A stretch of 64,000 nt of DNA from an uncultured Candidatus Binatia bacterium (GTDB lineage: Bacteria > Desulfobacterota > Binatia > UBA9968 > CAXXLF01), in assembly GCA_965218425.1 (NCBI GenBank), contig OZ244621.1:1696001-1760000 (forward strand). Reading direction: 5' to 3'. The notes below the pieces were generated by a model. It had not been told where the DNA came from. It saw only the letters and a list, made by a program, of their open reading frames with translations, and ran no database searches. Below are positions 40,097 to 49,660 of the stretch, piece after piece. Position numbers and translations under genes: made by a program. The stretch's first letter is position 1, and each line of letters opens with the position of its first letter.

Positions 40097-40276
40097 ATGG
40101 AACGCACCCCGTTTATTCCTGCCCAGTGCGATGTCTTCGGTGGTCTGGATGTGGATGAGAAAAGCATTGGGGCGACCTTCATCAGCCATGAAGGATTGCT
40201 CAAGCCGTTGAGCCCGCCCCTCGATCCATTGACTGCTAACCGCAGTGCCGTTCAGGAAGTCGAATCGTCAAACTGA
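40097..40276 (+). mobile_element. IS110-family transposase N-terminal remnant
   Basis: GGAGG RBS then MERTPFIPAQCDVFGGLDVDEKSIGATF, resembling the GLDV RuvC-like start of IS110 transposases; ends after 59 codons. Confidence 0.55.
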
Positions 40277-40759
40277 TTTGGCCAAATAGCCGGCGATCAG
40301 ACCGGCAATGAGCGGGAAAAGAAAACTTGCAATTATTCGAATGGCAAAGAGCCTTGGACCCAGGATACTGACTTCGTAAAATGCAATCCCACCGCCCCAG
40401 ATGGCCCATGAAGTAATAAAGGTCGTGACGGTGGCAACACTTGCTCCCGCCTGATAGAGCGATGCAGCGACTGGGAAACTTACAAAGGGACCACCGAATA
40501 TGGCAAAACCAGCAAGATAACCGACTGCAATCCCTTTTAACCCAGACTCTTTTCCCAGCCATCCTTGAATGACGGTCTCGGGCAAGAGGACTTGGATGTA
40601 GCCCGCGATCAACGTGGCACAGACAAAAGCAGGAATGATAGCAAAAAGCGTCTTTATGCCTTTTGACATACCCGAAATGTGGCGGCCGTCGCCCTGAAGA
40701 TAGGCGCCGAGGGCGAGCAGTAAAACAATGGTAACGAGCATAATATTCATTGCTTTCAC
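40268..40759 (-). CDS. Predicted small permease (ArsP/DUF318-like half)
   Basis: Hydrophobic; WLGKESGLKGI..GGPFVSFPVAASLYQAGAS..FITSW; GGAGG RBS. Confidence 0.8.
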   Translation of the reverse strand: MKAMNIMLVTIVLLLALGAYLQGDGRHISGMSKGIKTLFAIIPAFVCATLIAGYIQVLLPETVIQGWLGKESGLKGIAVGYLAGFAIFGGPFVSFPVAASLYQAGASVATVTTFITSWAIWGGGIAFYEVSILGPRLFAIRIIASFLFPLIAGLIAGYLAKSV

Positions 40760-41101
40760 AGGTGTCCTCCAGTAGTGATTAATTACCCGTAACCTGGGTA
40801 GGTCCGCTCGAACCTAACAGCGAATGGACGAGGCGTAAATCCAAATCGCAACTTGTCTTGTTCCGCGCACGCCTCAATTGGTTACCCGCGTAATCCGTTC
40901 CTCCGCCAAGTCTACGGCATCCCGTCATACATAAGGGGGGGCTACCGCAGCGGTTCATTTTCGAGACTGGCAGCCAAAAATGCCGGACCCTTTTGTACCT
41001 AATATACGTCCATTTATTCGCCAATAGGACAAATTTGTTCGTCCTAATCAGCTAAGGCTGTGCACTGCCCGACTATAACATATTTATTTTATTAAACTCG
41101 T

Positions 41102-41124
41102 GCCTGGCATGTGGCTTGCCAGGC
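41102..41124 (+). promoter_or_regulatory. Sigma54-type promoter inside a perfect 8-bp inverted repeat
   Basis: TGGCAT-GTGGC-TTGC with GG-N10-GC spacing (41105-41119); GCCTGGCA-N7-TGCCAGGC; AT-rich tract upstream. Confidence 0.6.
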
Positions 41125-41234
41125 TTAAATCCGATTGGGTTTTCCCTCTGAATGCCGCTCCAAGGAGCCAGCACCGTCTTTACAGGGGAAAAATTAGCAA
41201 TTTGTCCCACCTAATGATTGGGAGGAAGGCGTAA

Positions 41235-41672
41235 ATGGAATCTATCACGTTCGTCATTGCCGTGGCGGCTCTGTTGATTGCAGGTATGGCGTTTCAACGC
41301 ACCGGTGGAATCGAGGAACTCAAACGGCAGGTGGAGGCTCACACGTTCAGGACGGATGGAATGAGGGATCGTACCTCAGATGTCCTAGACCGTCTCGAAC
41401 GAGTGGTAAGAGGAAAGAAAGTTCCGCTGCCAGTAAGTCCGAATCGGTCTAGAGCCATCAGACGGGTGTCCCTTGGCGAGGCTATCTTTCTTTCTCGGTG
41501 TGGTATTCTTGCGCAGATCAGCTCCAACCTAATCCTACCCGGTTCTTTTCTATGGGCGTGCCCCATCGCCGTCGTGCCAAAGCGACAAACCTTCCATGTT
41601 GGATTGCAGGAACCGCTCAAAAGAAAAAGATATTGGGTAGGAAGTAGAAAGCTCTTCCCTGCGATCATGTAG
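41235..41672 (+). CDS. Small membrane-anchored hypothetical protein (first ~62 aa convincing, tail may be read-through)
   Basis: GGAGG RBS, N-terminal TM helix, coiled-coil-like segment. Confidence 0.55.
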   Translation: MESITFVIAVAALLIAGMAFQRTGGIEELKRQVEAHTFRTDGMRDRTSDVLDRLERVVRGKKVPLPVSPNRSRAIRRVSLGEAIFLSRCGILAQISSNLILPGSFLWACPIAVVPKRQTFHVGLQEPLKRKRYWVGSRKLFPAIM

Positions 41673-42375
41673 GGGACTTGTTCGAAAGGTTGGAACCTTC
41701 CAACTCTTTTAATTTTTGTTTTATTTTTTTAATCAGGTTGTGGTAGGATGAATTTGAAATGACCCGGTTGAACTGAGAGCGGTAGTTATTCACCAGGCTG
41801 ATATTCTCAGCTACTATGTCGTAAATTCGCCATTCCTCGTTGGTACGAATCAGCTTATAGTTAACTAAAAAAATTTTACCCTTCCCGCTGACGATCTTGG
41901 AATCCACCCGGGCGTAAATGTCGTCCACGATTTCACCGGTAAAAACCACCGTCTCACCATCATAGAGGTCGATATGCCCCGCATAGCTCCTCTCTAGGAG
42001 ATTCGTAAAGAGGCGGACAAACTCGTCTTGTTCCTCCGCAGACAACTGACGCCAATGGAATCCCAACGAACGCCTGGCCATCTCTGGAAAGTTGAACAGG
42101 GGGTATACAACCTCCCGCAACCGGTCCAGGTAAACCTGTTTGCCATTCTTAGAACGAGTTTTCGAATCACTGAGGATCTCGATCCCTTGTTCAACTACGA
42201 ATCGGATCCTCTCCGTAGGCTCGCCTGCCCGAATGGAATCAGGCGCCGGGAGGGAGATGAGAATTACGAAAGCAACCCATGTCGCCAATCGAGATTTCAC
42301 AATGAGGGCTATAGCAGTGAAGAGAAGGAGAGTCAATATTTTGGCGCACGAACAGCTTGACACGATCATTCGCAT
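41665..42375 (-). CDS. MlaC/Ttg2D family phospholipid-binding periplasmic protein
   Basis: FNFPEMARRSLGFHW, WRIYDIVAENISLVNNYRSQF; start uncertain. Confidence 0.88.
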   Translation of the reverse strand: MRMIVSSCSCAKILTLLLFTAIALIVKSRLATWVAFVILISLPAPDSIRAGEPTERIRFVVEQGIEILSDSKTRSKNGKQVYLDRLREVVYPLFNFPEMARRSLGFHWRQLSAEEQDEFVRLFTNLLERSYAGHIDLYDGETVVFTGEIVDDIYARVDSKIVSGKGKIFLVNYKLIRTNEEWRIYDIVAENISLVNNYRSQFNRVISNSSYHNLIKKIKQKLKELEGSNLSNKSPT

Positions 42376-42503
42376 GTAAACATTCAAATCGCGAAACGAT
42401 TGACGGTGGGGGCTATTGAACCACTTGAGTCGGAACACCTTCGGGCACTGTGTCGTCCGAAGGTGAACGCCTCACCAAGGCGGTATCAGAATGGCGCCAA
42501 ATA

Positions 42504-42647
42504 TTAGTGTCCGCTTTTGTGGGTTGCTATTTTCTTTGCGGCCTTCACCACTTCGTTTTTTTCGGACGCGGCCGCGGGAGACGTAAATGCTAATGTGAAA
42601 AATGCAAGCCACAGCCCAATGACGAGCTTCGTTATGGGTCTTTTCAT
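42504..42647 (-). CDS. 47-aa putative secreted peptide (not in ORF track)
   Basis: MKRPITKLVIGLWLAFFTLAFTSPAAASEKNEVVKAAKKIATHKSGH*; AGAAGG RBS; Sec-type signal ending AAA. Confidence 0.5.
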   Translation of the reverse strand: MKRPITKLVIGLWLAFFTLAFTSPAAASEKNEVVKAAKKIATHKSGH

Positions 42648-42880
42648 AGAACCTTCTTTCGAATTTTCACCAGAAATTAAAAAAGCCGGACATCCTTGCA
42701 GAAAAAGTACGCAAGAGCGGTCTGGTTCTGATCTACCATCGGTCCCTGCGCAAAAGTATTGTTCGGCTCTCTTAGGCCTGCCGTGACAAGAGGGAAAATC
42801 CAGGTTTAAGGCGAACGGTCAGAGCGCGCTTCCAGTAAACTTTGCAATGCATGCCAAGATACCCCTAACGTGAACGAGAC

Positions 42881-44388
42881 TCATCCAAAAATCAGTGATT
42901 TGACGACCACGGGGACGGCGCCGCGATTTTTTAGTTCTTGCCCGATATCGATAAAATCCAGATCACGTAGCTCCACCTCATCGACGATCACCACATCCGG
43001 TATTACTTCCAGCTCTTGCTTCAACAGAGTTCCCAACAACCCACCAATATCCGAATCCAGGACAAGGACCCATGGGGCATCATTATTCCTGGAAGCTAAC
43101 GCCGTGGAAATACCACAAGCCAGGGCGAGGACCGACGAGTATGAAAAATCAAACGGCCAGTGAAAGAACAGCGCAATGAGGTGCTGCGAATCCAGTTGTG
43201 GAACATCCAAGCTCTCCATGGCCCCATGGATGGAACTTGCCACTCCTTCCGCGGTGAGATGGTCAGGCTCAAGGCGAGGGACCACCACCTGATAGTCCCA
43301 GAGTGGAAGTATCTGAGGATCGGAGAGAAAAATGGTGCTGCTTGAAACCTGCACCGTGTACTGAGAAGCCCCGATCACGGTGGCACGTATCTTTTCGACG
43401 CCTTCACCGAGGGACGTACCCACGGTGGGCAGGCGTAAACGGATCTCCTCCGCCAAAAGCGGACCCAGGTCCCCATAATCCCGGTGATCCTGGCGGTAGA
43501 TGTATTCAGCCACGCCCCCAGAAAAAATAATCTCGTCGATGGGGCCTTTATAATTTAAAGGCCCCGTGATCAAGAGTTCACCAGTCAGGGGCGACAAGGA
43601 TTCACGGCGCAGAAACTCGAACAACGCGTCGGCCAGGGTTTTAGCAATCCGTCGCTTTTCCTCTGGTAATAGCTTCGCGCCCAGATCCCCATGGACACCG
43701 ATTTTCTGTAGGACTCGCCGACCTGTCTCCTCCATGCGGATTAGGTCACCCTGAAGATCCCACGCGATGAGTCGGGCTCCTATATTGATGGCACCGGTTT
43801 CGAGAACCGAGCCGCCGCGAACAAAGGTTGTCTTGCAGGTTCCGCCGCCCACGTCCACGTTGAGGACCGTCCTGTCCCCATGGGCGCGTGCCACGGCGCC
43901 GGATCCATGTGCTGAAAGGATACCCTCTAAACGAGGGCCGGCGGTTGCGCAAACGAACTTTCCACCCATGGTGGAAAGCATGCGAGTAATCGCCTCCGAG
44001 TTCTTTTTCTTGACGGCTTCACCCGTGCAGATCACGGCTCCGGTATCTATCTGGGACGGTAGCAGACCCGCCTCTGTGTACCCTCGGTTGATAAAGGCCG
44101 AAAGCCTTTCGGTGTTGATGGTCTCGCCGTCGCGGTAAGGCGTGAGAAGGATGGGGTCCGATGCAGCACGTCGCGGCGAACCACCACGAAGCGGCTCGAT
44201 AGACTTAGTCCTTGCCGCTCCAAAAAGAGCTTGGAAAAGGTAACGTGTGACGTCGTAGAGCCGACATCGATGCCAACGCTATTCAGAATAAGCCATCCGG
44301 GATTGGGGGCGAGGTTGGCCTGGGGATCAATCTCGCCACCCTCTGGGTGCTCCTCAAGCTCATCCGGATGGTGGTGGTCATGGCCCAT
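42881..44388 (-). pseudogene. EutA-like (ethanolamine ammonia-lyase reactivase family) protein split by a 1-bp frameshift
   Basis: SVGIDVGSTTSH in ORF 44047-44388; ILLTPY..IDTGAVICTGEA, ATAGPRLE, NVDVGGGT, IRATVIGASQ, VPVVVKSLIF in the other frame; break at G4 run 44153-44156. Confidence 0.85.
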
Positions 44389-44433
44389 GGTTCGTTTCTC
44401 GCGCTCTGTGATGACCTAGGGATCGGTCCGGTT

Positions 44434-45561
44434 CTATGGGTGGTAGTTTACGGGGGGCATCTTGAGATCGATCCCTTTTTGCTTCAGGGTCTGCGCAAAG
44501 TCCTTGCGAACCCGAGGGTCCTCGTCCTCGTAATCGATGAGGGTACCACCCTCCTTGACGCTTATGTAGCCGCTAAAGTCTTCACCCACCGTAAGGTTGT
44601 ATCCCGGGATACCCGAGTTACCTCCATAGATCGCCAGGTGGCGGGCAGGCCCGGTGCTTGTGTTCAGGTGCTGGTGAAACCAGCCGTCGGGTGGGGTATA
44701 GATGCTGCGTGGCCCCCAGTTAATTTTCAAGACCTTATCACCGGCCCCCGCGGCGTAGGGACGGGTTCCTGTATCCCGAGGCCATACCAAAACATACCCC
44801 TCACCCAACAGACCCACCAGAATGGCGCCTGGGCCGTGATAGTGAGCTTTGTGATACCTTCCGGCGGGCCATTCGGAAACATGGCCGTAAGGGAAACCAT
44901 CCGCCATTCGATAACCGGTGAGCTGGCCACCGGCGACTTTCTGTTCCAGGTTGTCCAGAAAGGCGGCCTTGGCGTCTGGTATAAAGTTTGTGTACCAGAT
45001 GGTCGAAAACCTACCCTCTTTTTCTCGGTTTTCTGTGGGGGTGAAATAATCTGCCTTACTGCCAAATTGATCCAGAAACTTGTAATCGCAATTGAAGATG
45101 AAATCGTGGGGACCAAAGACGCTCATTACTTTAGGAGCGGTGGTCACTCCGAGAAATAGCGCGGGTTCACGGGTGCCGTTTAAGAGACGATGCCAGCAGT
45201 TACGAGGTGGAGCAAAGACACTCCCCTCACCCCATTCAAAGGCTCGCTTGGCTCCACCTTCCTGCCATATCTCGGTTATCCCCCGGCCCTTCAAGATGAC
45301 AATGGCCTCCTGATAGAGGTGCTTCTCCGGATTCAGGGCTTTGCCTCCGGGAATTTCAGCCACATAGAGTCCTCGCTCCGCCTGTTTCGCGCTCAGCATT
45401 TGGACGAAGGTGCCCGAGCCTCCCGTGCGGGCCCAGGCTTTCCTCGGGAGTTCGGCAAGGTCGTCGGTTCCTGCTATGGTTTCAACAATGGGAATCCCTT
45501 CTCCTTCCATCCACGTTTGATAGGGGTATCTATCCCTGGCGTCTCTTTTTTGCTGTTCCAA
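44434..45561 (-). CDS. Tandem cupin-domain protein of unknown function
   Basis: EKHLYQE..GRG.TEIW, PPRNCWH, YHKAHYHGPG, PPDGWFHQH, IDYEDEDP. Confidence 0.85.
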   Translation of the reverse strand: MEQQKRDARDRYPYQTWMEGEGIPIVETIAGTDDLAELPRKAWARTGGSGTFVQMLSAKQAERGLYVAEIPGGKALNPEKHLYQEAIVILKGRGITEIWQEGGAKRAFEWGEGSVFAPPRNCWHRLLNGTREPALFLGVTTAPKVMSVFGPHDFIFNCDYKFLDQFGSKADYFTPTENREKEGRFSTIWYTNFIPDAKAAFLDNLEQKVAGGQLTGYRMADGFPYGHVSEWPAGRYHKAHYHGPGAILVGLLGEGYVLVWPRDTGTRPYAAGAGDKVLKINWGPRSIYTPPDGWFHQHLNTSTGPARHLAIYGGNSGIPGYNLTVGEDFSGYISVKEGGTLIDYEDEDPRVRKDFAQTLKQKGIDLKMPPVNYHP

Positions 45562-45594
45562 TGGTTTCCTCCTCCCTTTGGTGTTCTCCCGTGC

Positions 45595-46581
45595 TTAAAC
45601 CGCTGGTAAGCCCATGGCTCTCTGTGCGTTGGTTCCCAGGATTTGAGCTCGTTCTTCCGTCGAAATGGCATCCAAGGCCTTGATCTTGGCAACGGGTTCT
45701 CTGTCTCCCATACCCATGGGATAATCGGTTCCTATTACGACTCGATCTGCGCCCACCACTTGAATGAGGTACTGCAACGCCAGGACCGAGTGCACAACGG
45801 AATCAAAATACATTTGCTTCAGGTAGGCGGAGGGCTTTTGCGGCGTATGCTCCCTGAGATCTTTTCTTATGGAATGGGCGTGGTCCAGGCGCCAGATATT
45901 AAAGGGTAGGAGACCACCCCCATGTGCCAAGCAAAGGCGAAGGTTCTGATACTTTTGAAAGATCCCCCTGAGAATCATTCGCTCGATCATGAGGGTCGTA
46001 TTGTAGGGAAATGCTAAGACGTTGCCCAACACCCCTCGGCTTAAAGAAGAATCCCCTCCTTCAATTGGATGAATGAACAGTAAAAGGTCGAGTTGTTGCG
46101 CCATGTCGTAGAAGGGTTCCAGCTCGGGATCGTCCAACGGTTTACCCTGAACATGGGTGCCCACCTCGATACCCTTCAAACCCAGGTGGCACGCCTCTTT
46201 CGCGATGGTCGTAGCTTCCGAGACGCTCTGAAGGGGAGCGGTGCCGAATCCCACGAACCGGTCGGGGCGTGTTTCCACTGTCTGTTGAATGGCTTCATTT
46301 TGCAGGCGGGAGAAATAGGCTGCGGGTTCGGGTTGGTCCCAATAGTATAACAGGATCGGGGACGGTGATATGGCTTGGAGATCGATGCTCATCTTGTCGA
46401 GTTCCCGGACCCTCGCCTCAACGTCGTAAGCTCCTTCGCTCAAACTGCCGCGACTTCCCCCACGTGAGGTGACCGAATAGCGGCCATCGGTTAGTTTTAT
46501 CTCAGGGCCATGCTCTTTGAATTTTGTCGCATTTTGAAAGGCCTTTAAGGGGAAAAAATGGGAGTGGAGATCAATGTTCAT
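45595..46581 (-). CDS. Amidohydrolase 2 family decarboxylase/hydratase (ACMSD/LigW-like)
   Basis: IDLHSH, FIHP, LAHGGG, YFDSVV, GTDYP. Confidence 0.9.
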   Translation of the reverse strand: MNIDLHSHFFPLKAFQNATKFKEHGPEIKLTDGRYSVTSRGGSRGSLSEGAYDVEARVRELDKMSIDLQAISPSPILLYYWDQPEPAAYFSRLQNEAIQQTVETRPDRFVGFGTAPLQSVSEATTIAKEACHLGLKGIEVGTHVQGKPLDDPELEPFYDMAQQLDLLLFIHPIEGGDSSLSRGVLGNVLAFPYNTTLMIERMILRGIFQKYQNLRLCLAHGGGLLPFNIWRLDHAHSIRKDLREHTPQKPSAYLKQMYFDSVVHSVLALQYLIQVVGADRVVIGTDYPMGMGDREPVAKIKALDAISTEERAQILGTNAQRAMGLPAV

Positions 46582-46606
46582 GGCTGGTCCTAAACTCTTG
46601 GCTTAC

Positions 46607-47650
46607 CTACGGCTGAAAGAGAGCCGCAACTTTCGTTGAGTTGAATATATAGGTTTCACCATATGCCACAACCTCCGCTTTTCGGTGAGCCATGGCACCT
46701 GCTAAACAAAGCCAATTTAAGAGTTCGTGCTGGCCGGCGTCGGTCAAGGTTTCTGGTTCCAGATTGCGCCATTCGCTGTGTCGTCCAGTGCTCAACTCTT
46801 GGAGCCGTTTGCGGTCGGAATCCACATCGGGATAGAGACCATAGTGCTTCCCCGTCAAAAAGGCGTGGGACCACGATGAGGAACCGATCAGCACTGCGCG
46901 CCATGGGCTATCCTGCAGAATTCGGGCAACCTCAGCCCCAAGGTCGAAACAGCGCTTGGGCGTAGGCGCCGGCGGAGCTTTCTCTCCTTGCGCAAAATCG
47001 GTTGCCGCTCGTTTCGAAATAAGGTCGCTCCCGTAACAATTGACGTGAAAAGGAATAATGGGGTAGTCGAATCCACGCTGGTCGTAGTCGAGGTATATCA
47101 GGGTTCGCATAAAGGCGTGGGCTAGGCCGGGATGGTGGTGAGGCTTGTAGGAGTAACATACATCGAAGTTGTTTAGCGTAAGTTCTCGTGCCAGATGATG
47201 GGCTGCCAAGCGGTGACTGCGCACAGAGACGACCTTATCCTCCGGTTGACCCCAGACATTGACAGGCGAATTGATAACCGAACTCCGGCGGAACGGATAA
47301 CATTCGAGCTGGTCAAAGACGTACACACAAAAGGGCGGCACGATGTCTTCCTTAAAATTTTCGTATTGGTCGTCCCCCCAGATGAGCACAAAATCCGGCT
47401 TGAATGCGCCAATCTCCGCACGGAGTCGGCGAAAGCCGTGCACCACGAGCTCGCGGTGCCGCCGGGCCGAGGTTAGACCTTCGTCGTCTCCCCACTCCGA
47501 CTGCATGGGTTCAGGCCAGTGACGTACGTCCCGCAAATGATCCGGTAGGCGAGGACTCTTCATGAACCGGCGCAGGATGTCGGCCATATTTTCGTCTGGG
47601 AACTGAAACATCGGGGCGTGGGTGACCCCCATTCCCAGCAGTTCTGCCAT
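46607..47650 (-). CDS. Extradiol ring-cleavage dioxygenase class III subunit B (LigB-like)
   Basis: GVTHAP, WGDDQYENF, LAHAF, SSSWSHAF, GQHELLNW. Confidence 0.88.
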   Translation of the reverse strand: MAELLGMGVTHAPMFQFPDENMADILRRFMKSPRLPDHLRDVRHWPEPMQSEWGDDEGLTSARRHRELVVHGFRRLRAEIGAFKPDFVLIWGDDQYENFKEDIVPPFCVYVFDQLECYPFRRSSVINSPVNVWGQPEDKVVSVRSHRLAAHHLARELTLNNFDVCYSYKPHHHPGLAHAFMRTLIYLDYDQRGFDYPIIPFHVNCYGSDLISKRAATDFAQGEKAPPAPTPKRCFDLGAEVARILQDSPWRAVLIGSSSWSHAFLTGKHYGLYPDVDSDRKRLQELSTGRHSEWRNLEPETLTDAGQHELLNWLCLAGAMAHRKAEVVAYGETYIFNSTKVAALFQP

Positions 47651-47668
47651 GGCGTGCCTCCTATTTTT

Positions 47669-48817
47669 TCAGTCTAAGACGGGCTTTGTGGAGTCAAATT
47701 CTATGATTCGATTTTTCTCCGGGTCGCGCACCAGCGCCATGGGTTCGCCGCCTCTCTGAACCACCTCGATCTGCTTGCGAAGCATCTTGCGGTACATAAT
47801 AATCCCTTCGTCCGATGATCCAAGGTTTTCTTGACTCCGATCGAAAATACTTCCCTGTGTTTCCCAGGCCATTTTGTCCTGGCTGGAAAAGGAGGTCATC
47901 TCGTGCTCACCCTCCGGCGTTATCAACGAATCCATGAAATTAACTTTGGGGTCTTGCGCTCCATTGGTGGACCGGGGCTTGGTTTTGGGATCGAAACACA
48001 TGACGATGATCCGGGTATGGGTATCGTCGATGGGGACCCGCCAGTGGAGCGCTTCAATATATCCCTGGGGTATGCGGAGGATATTCGGAAAGACGAGGGG
48101 AGGACGTGTTTCTCTTTCAGGCCGGTCTCCTCCGTAAACACACCGCTTGATGATCCCCCATTCACAGATTTCCCAGTCGTAGTCCTGCACCGGCCGGTAG
48201 TAAAACAGGCCTTGCGGATCGCCCAGTTGCGCCATGGTGTGGCCGTGGAGATAGTAAGTGTGGATCGTATCAACAGAGTTCTCCATGGCCTGGAGCCAGT
48301 TGCAGCTGAGCACGGGATGGACGTCAATGGATCGGGTCCCGTCTGTCCTCACAAGAACGTCCCATCGAGGTAAGAGAGTCTTTTTTTCTGGGGGCCCCAT
48401 GTAAACGAAAAGCACGCCGGCCAGCCTCTCCACCGGATAACTCAGATGGCATACCTTGTTCTTGAACTCTGGATTCTTTTCGAAAGGTTGCTCCAGGCAC
48501 TTCCCGTCGATGTCATATTTCCAGCCGTGGTAGGCGCATCGGATGCCATCCGGTTCTACGAAACCGTAAAAGAGCGAGGTTCTCCGGTGGGGGCAATGCT
48601 CGCCAACACATCCGTACGGGCTCTCCTGACTGCCCTGTGCGCTTGGGAGACGAAACACCACGAGCTCTTCGTCCATAATTTTAACGCGCTTTTTGGGACT
48701 CTCTTCTGTAAGCTCACTGGCCAGACAGACCGGTTGCCAGTAACGACGCAAGAGCGCACCCGCTGGTGTGCCTGGACCGACTTGGGTTAATAGCTCGTTT
48801 ACCTCGCGCGTGAGCAT
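47669..48817 (-). CDS. Rieske non-heme iron oxygenase alpha subunit (phthalate 4,5-dioxygenase/LigX-like)
   Basis: LTQVGPGTPAG..LRRYWQP, CPHR...CAYHGW, CNWLQAMENSVDTIH..LH, QDKMAWETQG. Confidence 0.93.
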   Translation of the reverse strand: MLTREVNELLTQVGPGTPAGALLRRYWQPVCLASELTEESPKKRVKIMDEELVVFRLPSAQGSQESPYGCVGEHCPHRRTSLFYGFVEPDGIRCAYHGWKYDIDGKCLEQPFEKNPEFKNKVCHLSYPVERLAGVLFVYMGPPEKKTLLPRWDVLVRTDGTRSIDVHPVLSCNWLQAMENSVDTIHTYYLHGHTMAQLGDPQGLFYYRPVQDYDWEICEWGIIKRCVYGGDRPERETRPPLVFPNILRIPQGYIEALHWRVPIDDTHTRIIVMCFDPKTKPRSTNGAQDPKVNFMDSLITPEGEHEMTSFSSQDKMAWETQGSIFDRSQENLGSSDEGIIMYRKMLRKQIEVVQRGGEPMALVRDPEKNRIIEFDSTKPVLD

Positions 48818-48995
48818 TGCCGGGTCCTCCTTCTCATGAGTTTAGAATTCGTTTTTCCTCTTTTCTGACTCAGGCACGAATCGGACGTCGAAGGAGAAGC
48901 AACTTGCAAGAAATTACTTCTTACCTCTTTTGGGTGCCTCCTACGATGAATTGCTAAGGATCAAAGCTACGACGATTGTAGAAACAGCGGGAAAG

Positions 48996-49024
48996 ACTTT
49001 ATCCAGGATAGCGCCAACTGTCAA
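48996..49024 (-). promoter_or_regulatory. Sigma70 promoter upstream of the aromatic catabolic operon with overlapping palindrome
   Basis: TTGACA-N17-TAAAGT on minus strand; TATCC-A-GGATA palindrome at 49000-49010. Confidence 0.6.
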
Positions 49025-49372
49025 ATCGATTATGGATACCGTAGGCCCCCGTCTTTCGGAGGGTGATTTCCCCATGGCTCGCGGAAATTTCCCTACGCCG
49101 GGCAAAGCACGGCGACCAATGTGCTGCGCTAACGTGTGCACTGGTCCCTGCCGCGTCGCGGTAACAGCGAATCCACGGGTGCAGGTTTTGTGAATGACGC
49201 CCCCGCGCATCGCCCTCTCGCGCATTGCTTTGTTACCTCGCGCCTCCTATAGTGACGCATCGGGCTAACTGCCGGATGCAGAACGATTTGCAGCGCGCGA
49301 GCATTTGAGCGGGCCGGAAGCACGATGCGGACGCCCTTCGGCGTTTAATTGTCACGCCACAGGCGATATTTC

Positions 49373-49660
49373 TTAGAAGAGCTCTTTTAGATAAGGAGGC
49401 ACCGCGGCGGGGTCCGCAACCGATCTCCGTATCTCGTCGGCTAAAAGATCCACCTGATCTTTAACGGGGAGATCTCGGTCAAGGATAATCAATTTTCTCT
49501 CACCCAAGCGGCAACTACCGCTGACCGGATGGTAACCCACCTCGCGCAGCAGTTTTTCAGTGCGGACTTCAATCTGTAGTCTTTGAGCAAATTCGACAAG
49601 CTCGTTCAATTTTGCCGACAACTTATGATGTCCTCGCGGCGTTTTGGCTTTTTTATCCAT
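49373..49660 (-). CDS. Small hypothetical protein
   Basis: 95 aa, IEVRTEKL..SGSCRL..IILDR; divergent from usp. Confidence 0.7.
   Translation of the reverse strand: MDKKAKTPRGHHKLSAKLNELVEFAQRLQIEVRTEKLLREVGYHPVSGSCRLGERKLIILDRDLPVKDQVDLLADEIRRSVADPAAVPPYLKELF

Noticed and set aside
42730..42860. c-di-GMP-I riboswitch or sigma54 promoter on the minus strand
   Set aside because: Only scattered short matches without the core motif; TGGCATGCATTGC has GG-N8-GC, the wrong spacing
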